Shown piece after piece: positions 59,354 through 64,000 of a stretch of 64,000 nucleotides of DNA. A program made the position numbers and the translations under genes. Source of the stretch: Nitrospira sp. Its GTDB lineage: Bacteria; Nitrospirota; Nitrospiria; Nitrospirales; Nitrospiraceae. Numbering within the stretch: the first letter of the stretch is position 1; each line of letters begins with the position of its first letter. Below the pieces are notes generated by a model. The model was given only the letters and a program-made list of their open reading frames with translations. It did not search any database and had not been told where the DNA came from. Where the stretch lies: assembly GCA_035281245.1 (NCBI GenBank), contig DATEEH010000119.1, forward strand, positions 20,385 to 84,384, written 5' to 3'.

Positions 59354-60231
59354 GGCTGTACCTTCGCTCCAGGGTCCGGTTTCACGCCCGTCTCCTCCGA
59401 TTGGCCGTGAGTCGCTTGAATGACGAGCACCTCTTCCACCCGGTTCAGGTCCACCTCAGGAACGAGTTCGGCGGTTTGAAACAAGGCACCTTCCTCCCGG
59501 TCGATCGTGGTAATCGTGCCTATGGCCAGCCCACGCGGGAACCCGCCCACCAAGCCCGAGGTCACCACGCGGTCCCCCTCTTTCACCGCCGACAACATGG
59601 GGATGTACTTCAATTTGGCCCGGCCCTGCGGAATGCCCTCGACGATCCCTTCGTCTCTCGTGCGCTGGATCAACCCGGCAATGGCATTATTCGGATCGGT
59701 GAGCAGCAACACGACCGACGTGGCGCCGGTCGTCTTGACCACACGGCCGACCACACCTGCCGGCGTGATGACGCCCATGTCTTTTTGAATCCCGTCGCTT
59801 TCTCCTTTATTCAAAACGACGGACTTGTACCGATTGCTGGAATCACGACCGATGACTTGGGCCGCCACCATGGCAGGCAAGGCCTGTTCTTTGAACTGAA
59901 GCAGAGACGTCAGCCGTTGAGTCGCGGCCGCCGCCTCGCGTAACTGATTGTTTTCGCCGCGTAGCCAGTCCATTTCCTGGCGCAGCAGGCGGTTCTCATC
60001 GGCGACGTGTTGCAGCGACACGTACTGTTGCCACATGGCGGAGATACCTTGATCGATCGAGGACACGGCTTCGAGCGGCAACCGGACGAGCTGACCCACC
60101 GGACCGTCGAAATACTCGAGGAGTCCTTGGCTTTGTCCTGGAAAAAGGAGAAGGGCGGCCAGGAGCAGAGCAAACATTCCTAGCGCCAGACGCCTAGCAC
60201 CGTGGGAAGAACGCACGTTGACCATCCACAT
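59350..60231 (-). CDS. mreC: Rod shape-determining protein MreC
   Basis: TM anchor, coiled coil 'ENRLLRQEMDWLRGENNQLRE', beta-barrel repeats 'VVTSGLVGGFPRGLAIG'. Start moved to Met26 (60231) because the longer ORF overlaps mreB. Confidence 0.88.
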   Translation of the reverse strand: MWMVNVRSSHGARRLALGMFALLLAALLLFPGQSQGLLEYFDGPVGQLVRLPLEAVSSIDQGISAMWQQYVSLQHVADENRLLRQEMDWLRGENNQLREAAAATQRLTSLLQFKEQALPAMVAAQVIGRDSSNRYKSVVLNKGESDGIQKDMGVITPAGVVGRVVKTTGATSVVLLLTDPNNAIAGLIQRTRDEGIVEGIPQGRAKLKYIPMLSAVKEGDRVVTSGLVGGFPRGLAIGTITTIDREEGALFQTAELVPEVDLNRVEEVLVIQATHGQSEETGVKPDPGAKVQP

Positions 60232-60247
60232 GTATCGGGATGGAACC

Positions 60248-61312
<1,065 letters not shown>

Positions 61313-61364
61313 CTAAGCTGTGCGCCGGAGTCGGCGACGTATCGATAGCGCGCGCAGCACTCTC

Positions 61365-61871
61365 TTAGTCAGGCACGGCCAATCGCCCGGCATCCAGCAC
61401 CTGTGTTCCGGCCAGCTCGTCGCCCAAACGACGGCCTTGCTCGTTGCCAATGATCAAGATCGCTTCAAAGCCCACAATCGCGGCCGATGCCAGCCAGCCG
61501 ACATAGGGTACGGCAAAGAGTAACTGAGCCGCCGCAAAAGGAATATTGCGAATGATGGATTCCCGAAAGCCTGCCGGTTCACGGATCTCTGGCAGTACCG
61601 TCTGAAGCCCGATGAGCCGCTTTCCGATGCTTCGACCGCCTGCAAATCCGTCAGCGACAAACAGATAGGCAACACCTGCAAGGAATCCTACAGAGGCAAT
61701 GACTTCCGCCGCCGCTGCTGCGAGAAACACGTCGATCAATTTGGCAATAAACCGATTCAGAACCGTCGCCTTGGGGTAGATCCCTGTGCCCAATGGATGG
61801 ATCCCTACCTGCTCTGCCAAGGATCTCCTCGTAATTAGGGGCAAAGTATAACAAAGACGAGGACCTAGCAC
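61365..61871 (-). CDS. RDD-family membrane protein
   Basis: 'NRFIAKLIDV', 'GKRLIGL', 'RRLGDELAGTQV' in an RDD-like layout with 3 TM. Confidence 0.65.
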   Translation of the reverse strand: MLGPRLCYTLPLITRRSLAEQVGIHPLGTGIYPKATVLNRFIAKLIDVFLAAAAAEVIASVGFLAGVAYLFVADGFAGGRSIGKRLIGLQTVLPEIREPAGFRESIIRNIPFAAAQLLFAVPYVGWLASAAIVGFEAILIIGNEQGRRLGDELAGTQVLDAGRLAVPD

Positions 61872-61990
61872 AAACGAATCACCATTCTTTGACGTCGTAC
61901 GACGAAGAATCCCGAGATGCGCCGCACTTGCCTTTGACGGCGTCGCTGCCGTACAATCCGCGCCTCCTCACACGAGATGTATGGCGAACG

Positions 61991-62689
61991 ATGATTAAAA
62001 TTCTCCGCTTCGCAAACGAAAAATATCCGTGGTTCCTAGCCATCACGATGGGCTTCATTGCCGTCACCTTCATCGTCGGCATGGGTTGGTGGGGCTTCGG
62101 CGAACATTCCGGGTCCGTCGTCGCCACCGTCGGCGATCTGTCGATTTCCTCGGACGAATTCAAGCGCGCCTACGAAAACACCTACCGCTTCTATAAAGAA
62201 AAAGTGCCGGGAGAATTCAAGGACGAGACCATCAAGCAATATGTGGTTGAGCAACTTGTGGATAACCGTGTCTGGCTCATTGCGGCGCACAACATGGGCC
62301 TGACCGTGACGAATGACGATTTGCGCGAATCGATCCTGCAGGTCCCCGAGTTCCAGAGAAACGGCCGCTTCGATCCCGAACACTATCAACGGCTGCTCGC
62401 GGCCAATCACCTGACGCCTTCGATGTTTGAAGCGACGCAGGCCAAAGAACTGCTCAGCCTCAAGGCACGGATCATGGTCAGCGACGCCGTCGCGCTGACG
62501 CCGGCCGAACTCGCGGAAGCCCAAGCCCTCACACTCAGACAACAAGATCCGGACCCGGCGAAAGCCGCCGCGGCCAGGGAACGCGCCATTCAGGACGTCT
62601 TGTTCCAGAAACAGCAACGGACGTTGGCCGCCTACGCTCAATCGCTCAAGGCCACCCTTCCCATTACCATCAAGCGCGAGTTGCTCTAA
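61991..62689 (+). CDS. SurA N-terminal-domain chaperone-like protein (PpiD-like, no PPIase domain)
   Basis: N-terminal TM 'WFLAITMGFIAVTFIVG', then a SurA_N-like helical domain 'VGDLSISSDEFKRAYENTYRFYKEK'. Only 232 aa. Confidence 0.7.
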   Translation: MIKILRFANEKYPWFLAITMGFIAVTFIVGMGWWGFGEHSGSVVATVGDLSISSDEFKRAYENTYRFYKEKVPGEFKDETIKQYVVEQLVDNRVWLIAAHNMGLTVTNDDLRESILQVPEFQRNGRFDPEHYQRLLAANHLTPSMFEATQAKELLSLKARIMVSDAVALTPAELAEAQALTLRQQDPDPAKAAAARERAIQDVLFQKQQRTLAAYAQSLKATLPITIKRELL

Positions 62690-63729
62690 TCTCTCTCCGA
62701 CGCCGGGTCTCGATCGGTTATCAGCATGGCGTCTCCATAGCTATAGAACCGGTACCGCAGTCTCACCGCCTCCTCATAGGCCTGGCGAAGGAACTCGGTT
62801 CCCGCAAATGCGGAGACCAGCATCAGCAAGGTCGTCTGCGGGAGATGAAAATTCGTCACCATGGCATTCACAATCTGAAACCGGTATCCCGGCGAGATGA
62901 ACAGGCCCGTCTCTCCCCGATACGCCCGTATGGTGCCCGGCCCGGACGCCGCTGATTCCAGCGCCCGCACGACGGTGGTTCCCACGGCCACGATTTTTCC
63001 TTGGCGTTGCTTGGCCCGTTCAATGGCCTGAACCGCCGCCGGACCGATGTCCACCCACTCGGCCTCCATACGGTGTTCTTCAATGCGATCCACGGTCACG
63101 GGTTTGAAGGTTCCGACTCCGACATGCAGCGTCACCGTCGCCAATTCGATGTGCCGTTCTGCCAACCGGCTCAGCAAGGCAGGAGTGAAATGAAGGCCGG
63201 CCGTAGGAGCCGCAATCGCACCTTCATCCTTGGCGAAGAGCGTCTGGTACCATACGCGGTCCTGCTCGTTCGGCGGCCGCTTGATGTAGGGAGGCAACGG
63301 CATGCAGCCATGGGCCTTGAACCACTGATCGACCGGAACGGTCCCTTCGATGCGGACTACCGTCCGCCCGCCTTCCCGAACGAGGACGGTCAGCTGCGCA
63401 TCGGCATCGACATTGATGACCTGCCCCGCTCGCCAGTTGCCCTTGATCAATACTTCCCAGTCGCGATCGGCCACTGCCTTGATAAAGAGCATATCCGCGC
63501 GTTTGCCTGATGTTTTCCGCCCGATGACCCGGGCCGGCCGCACCCGCGTGTCGTTCACGACGAGCAGATCGCCTGGCCGCAGGAGGGCTGCCAGATCGGC
63601 AACGTGTTGATGCATCATCGATCGATGCCGTGGGTCGAGAACGAGCAGTCTCGCCCGTTCCCTCGGGAATACGGGTTCCGTGGCAACGAGCGACGAGTCG
63701 AACGGAAAGTTGAATTGAGACAGCTGCAT
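62686..63729 (-). CDS. queA: S-adenosylmethionine:tRNA ribosyltransferase-isomerase
   Basis: 'TAGLHFT', 'HVGVGTFKPV', 'VAVGTTVVRALES', 'FYSYGDAMLI'. Confidence 0.95.
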   Translation of the reverse strand: MQLSQFNFPFDSSLVATEPVFPRERARLLVLDPRHRSMMHQHVADLAALLRPGDLLVVNDTRVRPARVIGRKTSGKRADMLFIKAVADRDWEVLIKGNWRAGQVINVDADAQLTVLVREGGRTVVRIEGTVPVDQWFKAHGCMPLPPYIKRPPNEQDRVWYQTLFAKDEGAIAAPTAGLHFTPALLSRLAERHIELATVTLHVGVGTFKPVTVDRIEEHRMEAEWVDIGPAAVQAIERAKQRQGKIVAVGTTVVRALESAASGPGTIRAYRGETGLFISPGYRFQIVNAMVTNFHLPQTTLLMLVSAFAGTEFLRQAYEEAVRLRYRFYSYGDAMLITDRDPASERD

Positions 63730-63789
63730 TACGCTACTTGCGAGCTAGTGACGAAGGCGGCCTTCGCGAGGGTCATGTGCGCCCATGAC

Positions 63790-64000
63790 CTAGGACGTCG
63801 GGGGAATCGGCTGCTTGGTGAGAGACATATCTTGGAGGTCTGTTCCCGGGTAATAATACGCCAGAATGGTCGAGAAGGAATACCCCAATTCGGCCAGTTC
63901 TTTCGCACCCCATTGGCACATGCCGACGGCATGACCGGCGCCATATCCCGACAGCACGATGTCCTGGCCAAGAGCGTCGATGGTGAATTGAGTGCTGGGC
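63790..64000 (-). CDS. SpoIID/LytB-domain protein, C-terminal part (5' end outside window)
   Basis: Not in the ORF track because no start is in the window. The reverse frame reads '...GYGAGHAVGMCQWGAKELAELGYSFSTILAYYYPGTDL...PPTS*' with the stop at 63790-63792. Confidence 0.7.
   Translation of the reverse strand, partial: PSTQFTIDALGQDIVLSGYGAGHAVGMCQWGAKELAELGYSFSTILAYYYPGTDLQDMSLTKQPIPPTS

Overview
This is a dense 64-kb chromosomal window from a GC-rich bacterium. The gene content feels Nitrospira/Nitrospirota-like, but I cannot verify that without a search. I support about 60 protein genes. I saw no rRNA, tRNA, CRISPR array, transposase or integrase. All function calls rest on motifs read by eye in the supplied translations; no homology search was run.

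Layout:
- 0-17 kb: housekeeping and efflux genes. These are cls, a split FtsX-type ABC system with pyrD and a LuxR-solo inside it, comF, an orphan mraZ flanked by an excisionase-type HTH gene and a rusA-like gene, a MacAB-like efflux operon, uppP, lspA-ileS and nadA.
- 18-23 kb: a TPP riboswitch with terminator, followed by thiC and a Thi4-type thiazole synthase, then TPR, pseudo-receiver and ygfZ-like genes.
- 24-33.5 kb: PhoD, NTF2-like, DMT, beta-phosphoglucomutase plus GH65 phosphorylase, an O-methyltransferase and an M32 carboxypeptidase.
- 34.1-50.3 kb: an iron-homeostasis island (details below).
- 50.5-64 kb: topA, dprA, rng, rodA, mrdA, mreDCB, an RDD protein, a PpiD-like protein, queA and a partial SpoIID-like gene.

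Iron island gene order: fur, an FbpABC-like Fe(III) ABC importer, exbBD, a lipoprotein-apbE-lipoprotein operon, then a divergent operon, then an HD-GYP protein, a long di-haem peroxidase-like lipoprotein and two complementary bacterioferritins. The divergent operon encodes a Com-type zinc-ribbon protein, a porin-like OMP, a lipoprotein, a secreted FMN-binding protein and a His-rich 4-TM protein. A second paralogous porin-like OMP follows, after a terminator and apparently as its own unit.

Best candidate for an undescribed system: the ApbE / secreted FMN-binding protein / 4-TM protein / twin-porin module. No known flavinylated complex (Nqr, Rnf, NosR, fumarate or urocanate reductase) is nearby. 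The module sits behind a strong promoter with a Fur-box-like site. My inference is an extracytosolic flavin-based redox or iron-reduction pathway.
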